Part shown: in pieces, positions 22,561 through 31,837 of the stretch
How the letters are laid out: the number at the start of each line of letters is the position of its first letter
How positions within the stretch are numbered: the first letter of the stretch is position 1
Source: an uncultured Candidatus Saccharibacteria bacterium
GTDB taxonomy: Bacteria > Patescibacteriota > Minisyncoccia > Minisyncoccales > GWA2-38-27
Length of the DNA stretch: 56,714 nt
Assembly: GCA_964391095.1 (NCBI GenBank)
Contig: CAYMJA010000004.1
Span: forward strand, 1 to 56,714
Reading direction: 5' to 3'
Position numbers and translations under genes: made by a program
The notes under the pieces: model-generated
Seen by the model: the letters and a program-made list of their open reading frames with translations, nothing else
What the model was told of the DNA's origin: nothing
The model's database searches: none

Positions 22561-23397
22561 TTATATATTAAATAATTTTCTGGCGTTTCGGGTGGTATTT
22601 TCGGCTATTTCCTCATAATTTAGGCCTTTAACCTCAGCAAGTTTTTCAACTATATATCTAACAAAAATAGGTTCGTTGCGTTCTTTGCCCGCCCGGGGCG
22701 GTGTTAAATAAGGGCAATCTGTTTCAATTAAAATTTTCTCTAAGGGAACTTTTTTAATAATTTTATCTAAATTTAATTTAAAAATTATTCCGTTAAAGCC
22801 GAGATAAAATCCCATTTCTAAATACTTCTTTGCCTGTCTCCATTTTCCTGTAAAACAATGAATAACGCCTTTTAATTGTTTAGTATGCTCCGTTTGTAGC
22901 TCGTTAACAATTTCGATTAAATCATCGTGGGCCATTCGGCAGTGAAAAATTACAGGAAGATTTAATTCTCTGGCTAAATTAAGCTGCTTTAACAAAACCT
23001 CTTTTTGCTTTTCTTTAAATGGTTCAAGTTTCTTTTTGGTTTTCGGTCGATAATAATAATCAAGTCCGATTTCTCCAATCGCTACTACTTTTTTTGATTT
23101 AGCTAATTCCCGATATTTCTCTTTGTCAAAATCTTCTCCTTTCGCTGTAAAACCACCCTCTTCAGGATCTGTTTTTATTTTAACTAATCCGGTTTCCAAA
23201 TGAATAGGGTGAAGACCGATTGCTGCGTAAATTCCTTTTTCATATCTCTCGGCAATCTCTACTGCCTTTCTGCTTGTTTCATATTTACTGCCAACATTTA
23301 TGAGCCAGATATTTTCTCTTAGGGTGCGTTTAATAACTTCGTCTAAATCGTCCTTAAAAGCATTAAAATTAAGATGAGCATGAGTATCAATTAGCAT
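22561..23397 (-). CDS. tatD: TatD-family metal-dependent hydrolase
   Basis: MLIDTHAHL, GEIGLDYY, IFHCR and ETDCPYLTP. Confidence 0.9.
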   Translation of the reverse strand: MLIDTHAHLNFNAFKDDLDEVIKRTLRENIWLINVGSKYETSRKAVEIAERYEKGIYAAIGLHPIHLETGLVKIKTDPEEGGFTAKGEDFDKEKYRELAKSKKVVAIGEIGLDYYYRPKTKKKLEPFKEKQKEVLLKQLNLARELNLPVIFHCRMAHDDLIEIVNELQTEHTKQLKGVIHCFTGKWRQAKKYLEMGFYLGFNGIIFKLNLDKIIKKVPLEKILIETDCPYLTPPRAGKERNEPIFVRYIVEKLAEVKGLNYEEIAENTTRNARKLFNI

Positions 23398-23445
23398 AGA
23401 TTAAAATCAAAAATTAATTTACTCTTGAATTTAGTATATTTCATT

Positions 23446-23488
23446 TTAGAAAAAAGAAAAAGGGTGATTCCATTTTAAGAAATCACCC
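23446..23488 (-). terminator. intrinsic terminator of the 23517-24407 gene
   Basis: GGGTGATT/AATCACCC stem, followed on the minus strand by TTTTTCTTTTTT. Confidence 0.75.
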
Positions 23489-23516
23489 AAATTTTTGGAG
23501 GTCAAGGACCAAGATA

Positions 23517-24407
23517 TTAGCCGAGAAAGCCAGAAGCTGAGCCACAGTCCCGATGGGAATGGCCGCTGGCCCCGATACAGCTGAACTCAGGCCTCCCGAC
23601 ACCCCAGAAGAAGCAAGGGCAGCTGTCAAACAGGTTACTAACACTAGAAAAGTACTCGCAGCCGGCACAATATATGCTAAGATCTCCGTCCTTCTGTAAT
23701 CGCTCAGGATTAACCAATAAGATGGTGCTTACTGCATAAGGACCAAGTCCAAATTCGTTGGAAGAGAACATTACTCGGGCCCTTCGTACTGAACGACCAC
23801 GGTGACGTAGACCTGTTTGGACCGGAATAACTAAGAAATCCCCTGGGGTTTCTTTTTCCAACTTAGCAATGGCCCGTTGAGTTCTCCCAGTCAGGCGCAG
23901 GTATTTTGGACCAAGTTCGCCTTCTTGGTAGTTAAACCAATCCTCACGAGATTGAGCCATTAATTTGGTCATCAAGACCGTAGCATCATTGTAAGAACAG
24001 GCTACTTTGGATGGTTTGGGAATAACAAATAGTCCATCAGCTCCTTCAGGAAGTTTGAAGAAATCTTTGATAATCTCAGCCATTTTATTTACCTGACTGG
24101 CATCAAGCGCTCTAAACTCCTCAATCTGTTGAAGAACAGCAAGTTGGTCAGGAACACTCTTGGGGTGCCAACCTTCGGGATAACCATAAGTTGATTCCAG
24201 TGCTTCATTGGCATAGGGCAACTCACCCAACTTTTGAAGAATAGAAGTGATTTCTCTCTGAAAATCACCTCCTGCCTCAATTACTCTTTGGACACTATCT
24301 CCACCCAGACCGCTTTTACGTAAAGCTGCTTCAAGCAGTTCCTTGACCTTGGCTATTTGGCCATCAGTCATTTTCTCTTGTGGCGTGATCAATGTATCCA
24401 TTGTCAT
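23517..24407 (-). CDS. hypothetical protein, G+C-rich orphan with Cys-rich C-terminus
   Basis: 296-aa ORF with no family recognised. It has its own promoter, SD (AAAGGAGGG) and terminator. The second ATG at 24401 has better SD spacing. Confidence 0.55.
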   Translation of the reverse strand: MTMDTLITPQEKMTDGQIAKVKELLEAALRKSGLGGDSVQRVIEAGGDFQREITSILQKLGELPYANEALESTYGYPEGWHPKSVPDQLAVLQQIEEFRALDASQVNKMAEIIKDFFKLPEGADGLFVIPKPSKVACSYNDATVLMTKLMAQSREDWFNYQEGELGPKYLRLTGRTQRAIAKLEKETPGDFLVIPVQTGLRHRGRSVRRARVMFSSNEFGLGPYAVSTILLVNPERLQKDGDLSIYCAGCEYFSSVSNLFDSCPCFFWGVGRPEFSCIGASGHSHRDCGSASGFLG

Positions 24408-24470
24408 CGCCCTCCTTTCTTTTATTGTTAAGGTCCTAGTTCATTTTTGAACCTTTTTCTAATTATTCAG

Positions 24471-24498
24471 ATGATAACAAATTTGGAAGATTTGTCAA
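24471..24498 (-). promoter_or_regulatory. sigma70-like promoter TTGACA-16-TATCAT
   Basis: Reverse-strand TTGACA (24493-24498) and TATCAT (24471-24476). Confidence 0.6.
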
Positions 24499-24516
24499 GG
24501 ACAGAACAAAAATAAA

Positions 24517-25941
24517 TTAAATTCTGGGAAACAAAACCGTGCTTTTTTTAGTTTTTAGTTGTTTAACTATTTTTTCTGAAGTTTCTGGTAAAAACGGCTT
24601 AAGCATCTGGGCAATAGCAGTTAAAGCAAATAATAAATTATTGATAATGTTCTCTCGATTTTCTGATTTTTCCCAAGGTCGTTCCTTTTCAATATATTTA
24701 TCGCAAAAACTAATCAAATCCCAAATTGAAGCCAAGGCATTATTAAATTTAAAATCATCTAACGCTTTTTTGTATCTCTCCTGCGTATCTTCAATTATCT
24801 TTTGGGATTTGGGATTTGGGATTTGGTCATTAGGATTTATATTCCCTGCCATTGTCAAAACCCTTGCCACTAAATTCCCTAAACCCGAAGCTAAATCTGA
24901 GTTATACCTTGCTTCAAATTTCTCATAAGTAAAATCACCATCTTCTGTTGGAGGTATTTCTCGTAAAAGAAAATATCTTACTGGATCGGTTCCATATTTT
25001 TTAACAAGTTCAAAAGGATCAATAACATTCCCTAAAGATTTTGACATTTTTTGACCATCGGAAGTTAAATATCCGTGAACAAAAATTGTCTTTGGTAAAC
25101 TAAGTTTAGCTGAAAGAATCATCGCAATCCAATATATGCCGTGGAATCTTAAAATCCCCTTGCCTACAATATGCAATTTATTTTCATTTTTTTGCCACCA
25201 TTCTTGAAATTTCTTACTATTTTCTGCATATCCTAAAGCATTGATATAATTGCTTAAAGCGTCAAACCAGGTCCATTGAATCTGATTTGGGTCACCTGGT
25301 ACCGGAATTCCCCAACCGCGGCCACGCTCTGCTGAACGAGAAATACAAATATCCTGAAGTCCAGAATTCATAAAGCTTATAACTTCATTCTTGCGGGTTT
25401 GAGGAATTATTTTGAGTTCATCTTTTTCAACAATCTTTTTTAATTGATCTTGATATTTAGAAAGTTTAAAAAAATAATTTTCTTCTTCCACTAACTCTGG
25501 CTTAGTTTTGTGTTCCGGGCAAAGACCATTCACTAATTCATTTTCTTTGTAAAATTCTTCACAACCAATACAATAAAGACCCCTATATTTCTTTTTATAA
25601 ATATCCTTTTTGCAAGCTAACCAGAACTTCTGAGCTCCTTTAATATGGCGTTCTTCGGTTGTTCTAATAAAATCATCAAAAGATAAATTTAAAGCTTCTT
25701 TCAGGTCGTAAAATTTTTTGGCATTCCTATCAACTAACTTTTTTACACTTATGCCCTCTTTCTCTGCTGCCCGAACATTCTTAAGAGAATTTTCATCTGT
25801 CCCAGTTAAAAAGAAAACATCCTCACCCAAAATCTGATGATATCTGGCAACGACATCTGCTTGAATAATCTCTAAAGCAAATCCTGCGTGTGGAGGCAAG
25901 TTAACATACGGAAGTGCTGTAGAAATATAAAATTTTTTCAT
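24517..25941 (-). CDS. metG: methionine--tRNA ligase (short form)
   Basis: Class I core, Zn knuckle CIGCEEF...CPEH and KMSKSLGN. Confidence 0.95.
   Translation of the reverse strand: MKKFYISTALPYVNLPPHAGFALEIIQADVVARYHQILGEDVFFLTGTDENSLKNVRAAEKEGISVKKLVDRNAKKFYDLKEALNLSFDDFIRTTEERHIKGAQKFWLACKKDIYKKKYRGLYCIGCEEFYKENELVNGLCPEHKTKPELVEEENYFFKLSKYQDQLKKIVEKDELKIIPQTRKNEVISFMNSGLQDICISRSAERGRGWGIPVPGDPNQIQWTWFDALSNYINALGYAENSKKFQEWWQKNENKLHIVGKGILRFHGIYWIAMILSAKLSLPKTIFVHGYLTSDGQKMSKSLGNVIDPFELVKKYGTDPVRYFLLREIPPTEDGDFTYEKFEARYNSDLASGLGNLVARVLTMAGNINPNDQIPNPKSQKIIEDTQERYKKALDDFKFNNALASIWDLISFCDKYIEKERPWEKSENRENIINNLLFALTAIAQMLKPFLPETSEKIVKQLKTKKSTVLFPRI
24801..24826 (-). repeat. in-frame heptanucleotide tract (AAATCCC)n inside metG
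   Basis: Plus strand reads TTTGGGATTTGGGATTTGGGATTTGG. Encodes QIPNPKSQ. Confidence 0.9.
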
Positions 25942-26024
25942 AATCTTAAAAGGAGGTTTAAGCCTCCTTCAATTTTATCATAATTTCAATTTCTAATCTA
26001 TCTTTATCAAGGATATTTAGAAAT

Positions 26025-26053
26025 TTGACAAATATTTAGAAATTTGTTAAATA
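26025..26053 (+). promoter_or_regulatory. sigma70-like promoter TTGACA-17-TAAATA flanked by a 15-nt direct repeat
   Basis: ATATTTAGAAATTTG occurs at 26013-26027 and 26032-46, bracketing the -35 box. Confidence 0.5.
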
Positions 26054-26101
26054 GAATAGTTGTAAATTAGCATCTTAATAATTAAATAAAGGAGGTAAAA
26101 A

Positions 26102-26569
26102 ATGGATTATCTTTTTTTGCCAGAAGACCTAAAAATGCTTGATGAAAAAATTAACGGAATTAACGAAAGAGTGAAAAAGGCCTTAAAAAGAATTGGAGAC
26201 AGTTGTGATGGTGGAGATAGTTGGCACGATAATTTTTCTTTTGAACAAGCGCAGCGAGACGCGGAAATGTGGTCGAACCAACTACGTGCGTTAATAGCCG
26301 TAAAAAATAATGCGAAGGTGGTGTACCCCGAAGATTTCAGAAGAGACAAGGTAAATATTGGTAAAACCGTTACAACTAAATACGAAGGCGATGACAGCAC
26401 AATGACATTCCGGGTAGGAAGTTATATGGTTTTAAACAAAGAAAAAAGCAACGCGATTTCATATAAGACACCATTGGTAAAAGCTATTTTAGGGGCAAAA
26501 GTTGGCGAAATTAGGGAAGCAAGGATAGCAGGAAAGAATAAAAAAATAAAAATTGTTCAAATTAAATAA
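26102..26569 (+). CDS. GreA/GreB-family transcription factor paralogue
   Basis: C-terminal ISYKTPLVKAILGAKVGEIRE and acidic tip-like GGDSWHDNFSFEQAQRD. Strong SD AAAGGAGG. Confidence 0.7.
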   Translation: MDYLFLPEDLKMLDEKINGINERVKKALKRIGDSCDGGDSWHDNFSFEQAQRDAEMWSNQLRALIAVKNNAKVVYPEDFRRDKVNIGKTVTTKYEGDDSTMTFRVGSYMVLNKEKSNAISYKTPLVKAILGAKVGEIREARIAGKNKKIKIVQIK

Positions 26570-26572
26570 AAA

Positions 26573-26608
26573 ACGCGAGAGACAAAAATAACTCCCGTGT
26601 TTTTTTTA
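26573..26608 (+). terminator. probable intrinsic terminator
   Basis: Imperfect stem ACGCGAGAG/CTCCCGTGT followed by TTTTTTTT. Confidence 0.5.
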
Positions 26609-26620
26609 CTTAGCTGTTTA

Positions 26621-27058
26621 TCAAATATTTAATAAATCTATAAGCTCAAAAGCTTTTTTAAGAACATTCTTTGTCTTTTTAGTAAGATTATACTTCTTAA
26701 TTTCATCTCTGGTGGTCCAAACAAATGCCTGGTGTTCATGGCTTAATTGCACTTTGCAATTACCCATGGGTATTACTAAAAAATTTATTTGGGTAGAATC
26801 TCGAATTTCGCTTTGTTTTTCAATTTGGTAATCAAAAACTGAAAAGGGCATAACAATCCTAACATGAAGTCCAGTTTCTTCCTTGATTTCCCGCAGTAAA
26901 GAAATCTCTGATTCTTCTAACGGTTCTCTTTTGCCACTTGGTAATTCCCACATATTTGGAAAGATTTCCTCATTTAGATTCCGTTGAATAATTAAAACTT
27001 TATTATTCTTAATGACCACTCCTGCTACAACTATCTTTTGAATAATTCTTTTATTCAT
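26621..27058 (-). CDS. NUDIX hydrolase
   Basis: Nudix box GKREPLEESEISLLREIKEETGL. Confidence 0.85.
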   Translation of the reverse strand: MNKRIIQKIVVAGVVIKNNKVLIIQRNLNEEIFPNMWELPSGKREPLEESEISLLREIKEETGLHVRIVMPFSVFDYQIEKQSEIRDSTQINFLVIPMGNCKVQLSHEHQAFVWTTRDEIKKYNLTKKTKNVLKKAFELIDLLNI

Positions 27059-28317
27059 AATAAATCGCGATAATTATTAATTACTTTTCTAATTCCGCGG
27101 ATATAAAGGTCTACAATCTTAGAATCTTTTTTGGATGCCCAAACTGGAATTTTAATCGCATTCTTATAAAACTTTTCTGCTCTTGGAAAATCACCGGATT
27201 TATAAGAAAATGGGTTTGTTTTATAAATAGGGAACAATTTGTCTGGGTTTTGGAAAAGTGGCAAGAGGTTTAATGGGGAGGTGGAATGAGGACGGTCTAT
27301 CTCGATTAACCCTTCTGCTTGTAGAGCATTAAAAAACTTCTCTATGGGTAAACCTTCTATTTCCTCTGATTTATATTGGAATATGAAATTATACCACGAT
27401 GGCTTGATGTCAGACGAAATTTTGGGCATAGTTAACCCTTTCATTTTACCCAGCTCATTAATAATTTTTTTTGCGAAAAAAGCCTTTATGCTCAAATACC
27501 TATTTAAATTTCTGAATAGTTCAAAGGCTATTGCGATTGCCAAGGGGTGAGCTCTGTATTTTAACCCCATTCCAGTAACGGCGTATTTAGAAAGAGGATG
27601 GGTTTGAGGAATTTCTTGCAAACATCTTTTGTTGTAGTGTCCTAAGAGTAAGGCTTTATAATAAAACTCTTTATTATTAGTTAACAGAATCCCACCCTCT
27701 CCACCGCTGACAATCTTTGCCCCCTGCAAGCTCCACACCGCTAGGTCCCCAAAAGATCCCACTACTTTCCTCTTATATTGGGCACCGTGTGCGTGAGAAC
27801 AATCCTCTAAAAACAATAAGTTATTTTCTTTGCAGATTCTTACAATTTTATCCATCTGACAAGGAACTCCCCACATATGAGTAATGATTACTCCTTTTGT
27901 TTTGGAAGTTATTTTTTTCCTGATCTCATCTGGCTCAATATTGCCATTTTCGTCACAATCGCATAGCACTGGTTTGGCACCAGTAAAGAGAAGGGGGGTA
28001 ACAGTAGCAAAAAAAGTATAAGCCGGACAGATTACTTCGTCGTCTTTTTTGAATCCAGCGGCAACAAACATCGAGTGGATGGCGTTTGTTCCAGAATTAC
28101 ACAAAAGAGCATATTTTCTATTATGATACTTCGCGAAAGCATTCTCAAATTCTAAAAAAACACCACTTCGATTATAAATCGAGATAGTTTTATAAAGTTG
28201 TTTTATAACGGCTTTTTCTATTCGATCTGTTATTGATGGCCAAATAAAATGTGGACCTTTTTGTTTAATAGTTTTCGGACCACCCAAAATCGCTAACACT
28301 GATTTTTTTGCTTTCAT
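27055..28317 (-). CDS. DegT/DnrJ/EryC1/StrS-family sugar aminotransferase
   Basis: PLP-fold aminotransferase of typical size. Translationally coupled (ATGA) to the upstream oxidoreductase. Confidence 0.85.
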   Translation of the reverse strand: MKAKKSVLAILGGPKTIKQKGPHFIWPSITDRIEKAVIKQLYKTISIYNRSGVFLEFENAFAKYHNRKYALLCNSGTNAIHSMFVAAGFKKDDEVICPAYTFFATVTPLLFTGAKPVLCDCDENGNIEPDEIRKKITSKTKGVIITHMWGVPCQMDKIVRICKENNLLFLEDCSHAHGAQYKRKVVGSFGDLAVWSLQGAKIVSGGEGGILLTNNKEFYYKALLLGHYNKRCLQEIPQTHPLSKYAVTGMGLKYRAHPLAIAIAFELFRNLNRYLSIKAFFAKKIINELGKMKGLTMPKISSDIKPSWYNFIFQYKSEEIEGLPIEKFFNALQAEGLIEIDRPHSTSPLNLLPLFQNPDKLFPIYKTNPFSYKSGDFPRAEKFYKNAIKIPVWASKKDSKIVDLYIRGIRKVINNYRDLL

Positions 28318-29333
28318 AATTCCAAAAAATCTTTTGGGTTGATATATCTGTTTTCCCTTGTTGACTTATAAGCTGCTTCAATAAAAGCTAAATGATTAAA
28401 ATGGAATTCTGGACTGGTAATATTTTCTTTGTTTCCCCGAACTACCTGTACAAAATAACCAAGCTGATCTTGAGCTGCCGAGGGCCAGCTATATTTCCTT
28501 GTAAGTGATTCTAGTAATTCTCCACTTGAGGAACGACGTTCAATTTTCCCTCGCTCTATATGAATAGAACCCCTTGTGCCATATACATCAATAAATTCCT
28601 TTTTAGGCGGTATAACTCTTGAAACAAATAGAGATCCCCAAAATTTTTTCTTGCTATAACGAAAAATAACTCTGGCAGTATCTTCAGCATCGTAGATAAA
28701 ATTTTCTTTCGCTGCAAACGAAATCTCTGCAAAAACCCTATCTGGTAGTCCAAAATACCACATCAAAAGATCAATTATATGATAGCCCATATCAATTAAG
28801 CACCCCCCTCCCGCTAATTCTTTTTTGCCCCGCCATCCTTCATAAGGTTTTTCTATAAAGAGGGTATATTGTAATTCGATATAGAAAGGTCTCCCAATTT
28901 TATTAATGAGTTGAAAAAAGGTGGAATAAATAGGGTTAAATCTTCTTTGTAAGGTGGTAACAATTTTAACATTATTTTCCTCGGCAAGGGTTTTTAATTC
29001 CCTAGCCATTTCCAAAGACGTAGCAAAAGGTTTTTCTTTAAAGACATGTATTTTATTAATAATAGCTCTTTTTGTAATTTCGTAATGGGTATAGTGAGGA
29101 GTAGCCACAACAATAAAATCCATTTTCTGTTTTTTTAACAAATTATCAAAACTAGTATAGACTTTTACTTCTTTGTTGTTTTTTAAGAAAGGTTTTAGCT
29201 TATTTTTATCGATATCAACAACGCCGACTAATTCAACATCTGATGATTTTTTTATGGCCGGAAGATGATCTTCTAATGACTGGTGACCCATTCCGACAAC
29301 CCCGACCCTCAGTTTTCTATTTGTTATTTGCAT
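28314..29333 (-). CDS. Gfo/Idh/MocA-family oxidoreductase
   Basis: N-terminal Rossmann LRVGVVGMGHQS and EKPFATS. Confidence 0.85.
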   Translation of the reverse strand: MQITNRKLRVGVVGMGHQSLEDHLPAIKKSSDVELVGVVDIDKNKLKPFLKNNKEVKVYTSFDNLLKKQKMDFIVVATPHYTHYEITKRAIINKIHVFKEKPFATSLEMARELKTLAEENNVKIVTTLQRRFNPIYSTFFQLINKIGRPFYIELQYTLFIEKPYEGWRGKKELAGGGCLIDMGYHIIDLLMWYFGLPDRVFAEISFAAKENFIYDAEDTARVIFRYSKKKFWGSLFVSRVIPPKKEFIDVYGTRGSIHIERGKIERRSSSGELLESLTRKYSWPSAAQDQLGYFVQVVRGNKENITSPEFHFNHLAFIEAAYKSTRENRYINPKDFLEL

Positions 29334-29341
29334 ACGTAAAT

Positions 29342-29370
29342 ATATTAATAAAGAAAGCTTCTTGTCACAA
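29342..29370 (-). promoter_or_regulatory. promoter TTGTGA-17-TAATAT ending 8 nt before the start codon
   Basis: Reverse-strand -35 at 29365-29370 and -10 at 29342-29347. No SD, so the transcript may be leaderless. Confidence 0.45.
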
Positions 29371-29435
29371 ATTTCTTATATTAAATCTAAAATAAAAAAG
29401 GTCATAAAATTTTAGAGACACCAAGACTCTTTTCA

Positions 29436-30464
29436 CTATACTATGACCGTTTTTTGGTCTCTTTTCTTTTGGAGAAATTCTTTAAGAAATTCAAATAATA
29501 TTCCGGCTAAAGGAATAGCTAAAAAAGCCCCTAAAATTCCCCAAAGCTTTCCACCGACAATTAAGGCAATAACCACCACAACCGGAGAAATACCAATGAT
29601 TTTCTTCATTAATAGCGGAGATAGAACATTACCCTCAATTTGCTGAATTAAGAAAAAAACAATTAAAACAAAGACCGCTTTCAGCATTTCTGTTGGAAAA
29701 ATAATTAAGAAAAGCAAAATTGCTGTAAAAAGGGGTCCAATATAAGGGATAAAATTAAAGACCCCGGCAAACAACCCTAAGGCAAGGGGATATTTAATAT
29801 CAAAAAGTAAAAATGTAATACAAGAAGCTATTCCTACAAATAAACAAGCTATTATTCTTGCCCCAAACCAGCCAGCGACCTTTTTCTGACATCTTTCCCA
29901 AAGGTTCAAAACATAGCTCTCGTACTTTTTTGGGAAAAAAAGGACCAAGGTTTTCTCGACTGCTTTTTCTTCAAGAGAAAGAAAAACAGCAATAGTAATA
30001 ATACCCAAAAATGAAAAAAATCCGCCAAAGACAACAAACAAAACATTAAAAATGTTATCTGCCATTTTCTCTAAAGTAGTTCCAATGCTTTCTATAAAAG
30101 TTTCCATGTTCTCAAATGCCTGAAATCCAAGCCCCTTCAAAGGAGGAGAAATTTTCTCAAAATACTGAGGAAACGATTCTAAAAATAGACGAATTTCAGA
30201 AGCAAATAAGGGAACGACTAAATAAACTAAAAAACTAAAAATCCCAAAAAAACCGAAATATACCAGAATAATGCCAACAATCCGTGAAATTTTTCTTTTT
30301 TGGAGAAAATTAATAACTGGATTAAACAAAATTGAAATCGTTAAAGCAAAAATAAACCAGACAATAATATCCCTAATTGAATAAACAATGTAAAAACAAA
30401 GAACAACAAGAGAAATTTTTAGGATTGTTCTCCAAGATATGTCTAATATTTTTTCGCTATCCAT
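29436..30464 (-). CDS. AI-2E (PerM/UPF0118) family transporter
   Basis: Polytopic membrane ORF with family-typical C-terminal half. The ATG at 30464 is preferred over the TTG at 30485, which lies inside a repeat element. Confidence 0.8.
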   Translation of the reverse strand: MDSEKILDISWRTILKISLVVLCFYIVYSIRDIIVWFIFALTISILFNPVINFLQKRKISRIVGIILVYFGFFGIFSFLVYLVVPLFASEIRLFLESFPQYFEKISPPLKGLGFQAFENMETFIESIGTTLEKMADNIFNVLFVVFGGFFSFLGIITIAVFLSLEEKAVEKTLVLFFPKKYESYVLNLWERCQKKVAGWFGARIIACLFVGIASCITFLLFDIKYPLALGLFAGVFNFIPYIGPLFTAILLFLIIFPTEMLKAVFVLIVFFLIQQIEGNVLSPLLMKKIIGISPVVVVIALIVGGKLWGILGAFLAIPLAGILFEFLKEFLQKKRDQKTVIV

Positions 30465-30477
30465 AAGTGCTTCGCTT

Positions 30478-30560
30478 AAAATCAAAAATCAAAATGCAAA
30501 AATCAAAATTTAAAATTTTTGATTTTTAATATGTAATTTTGATATTTGATATTTGATATT
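30478..30560 (-). repeat. intergenic hairpin element, GATATTT-heptamer family, copy 2
   Basis: Near-identical over about 75 nt to 7001-7080 (...AATCAAAATTTAAAATTTTTGATTTTTAATATGTAATTTTGATATTTGATATTTGATATT). Confidence 0.85.
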
Positions 30561-31828
30561 CAAAGTTTCAGCAACTGCTGAAACTTTGCTTTGTCCTTAA
30601 ACGGTCCTATCAAAGCCAAATTTAATTTCTGGGGCTGAAAAATATCCCGACCAACTTTTAAAACATCATTAATGCTTACTTTATTAATTTTATCACATAT
30701 CTCCTTTGGCGTAAAAAACTTTCTTTCAAGAATCTCCTGAACTCCATAAAAAGAGGCTTGAGTATCAGATGTTTCTAAAAGCAAAGTCATTTTTCCTTTT
30801 AAATTATCTTTTGTTTTTTCGAGTTCTTTGGTTGAGATTTTCTTCTGAGAAATCTTTTTGTATTCTTTTAAAATAATAGAAATAGCTTTATCAACCTTTT
30901 TATTATCCACTCCAGCCTGAGTAAGCAAAAAGCCGGTATCCTGGTCAGAAGAAGAAATAGTTTGAATATAATAGGCGAGTCCTAACTCTTCTCTTATTTT
31001 AATAAATAAACGAGAGCTCATCATCCCCCCTAAAATCGCAGCTAAAACCTCCTGGGTATATCTCTGGGGATTAGCTAAATTATATCCTCTTACGCCTAAG
31101 CATAGATGGGTTTGGTCGGTTTTTCTCTTCTGTAATAAACATTGGGGCTTTGTTTGTCTTTCAATAACAGGAAGTTTTTTAAGAGACGTTTGAGATTTTA
31201 TTTTAGAAAAATATTCCTTTACTTTATTGATAGTTTTGGCATTGGCTGGTATATTTCCTGCTACGCAAACAACAGTATTGGGAGCAATATATTGTTTTTT
31301 CATATAATGAACTAATTGTTGGCGAGAAATTTCGGCTACGCTTTCCTTGGTTCCGGCAATATCCCATCCTGCAGGTTGGTCGCCGTAGAGTACTTTATTC
31401 CACAAATTCTGAATATAAGAAACGGGATTATCATAAGACATATTAATTTCCTCAACAATTACCCTCTTTTCTCTCTTTATTTCTTTTGGGTTCAGTTTTG
31501 AATTCAAATAAATATCAGACATTATATCCAAAGCTAAATCAAAATGTTTAATATCTACTTTGGCAAAGTATCCCGTATAATCTTCTCCGGTAAAAGCGTT
31601 GTAAATACCTCCTACCCTATCTAACGGTTCGGAAATAGAAATTTTAGAAGGTCTTTTTTTCGTTCCTTTAAATAATAAATGCTCAAGCAAGTGAGAAATA
31701 CCGCTTGTTTCTTTTTTCTCGTATTTAGAACCAGTTCCGGCCAAAACTAAAACAGTTACGGCCTGAGTGCTTTTTTGGGGAACAGTAATTATTCTTAAAC
31801 CATTCTTGAGAATATTTTTTTTAACCAT
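30560..31828 (-). CDS. M16-family (pitrilysin/insulinase-like) zinc peptidase
   Basis: HxxEH motif in SHLLEHLLFKG; two-domain size. Confidence 0.85.
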   Translation of the reverse strand: MVKKNILKNGLRIITVPQKSTQAVTVLVLAGTGSKYEKKETSGISHLLEHLLFKGTKKRPSKISISEPLDRVGGIYNAFTGEDYTGYFAKVDIKHFDLALDIMSDIYLNSKLNPKEIKREKRVIVEEINMSYDNPVSYIQNLWNKVLYGDQPAGWDIAGTKESVAEISRQQLVHYMKKQYIAPNTVVCVAGNIPANAKTINKVKEYFSKIKSQTSLKKLPVIERQTKPQCLLQKRKTDQTHLCLGVRGYNLANPQRYTQEVLAAILGGMMSSRLFIKIREELGLAYYIQTISSSDQDTGFLLTQAGVDNKKVDKAISIILKEYKKISQKKISTKELEKTKDNLKGKMTLLLETSDTQASFYGVQEILERKFFTPKEICDKINKVSINDVLKVGRDIFQPQKLNLALIGPFKDKAKFQQLLKL

Positions 31829-31837
31829 CTATTACCT

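Noticed and set aside
23483-23668. 61-aa overlapping ORF at the 3' end of the G+C-rich orphan gene, as a possible frameshift continuation.
   Set aside because: It is Ala/Ser/Gly-rich, as expected for an alternative frame of GC-rich DNA. The main frame is open to a stop followed by a terminator. Sequencing error cannot be excluded without reads.
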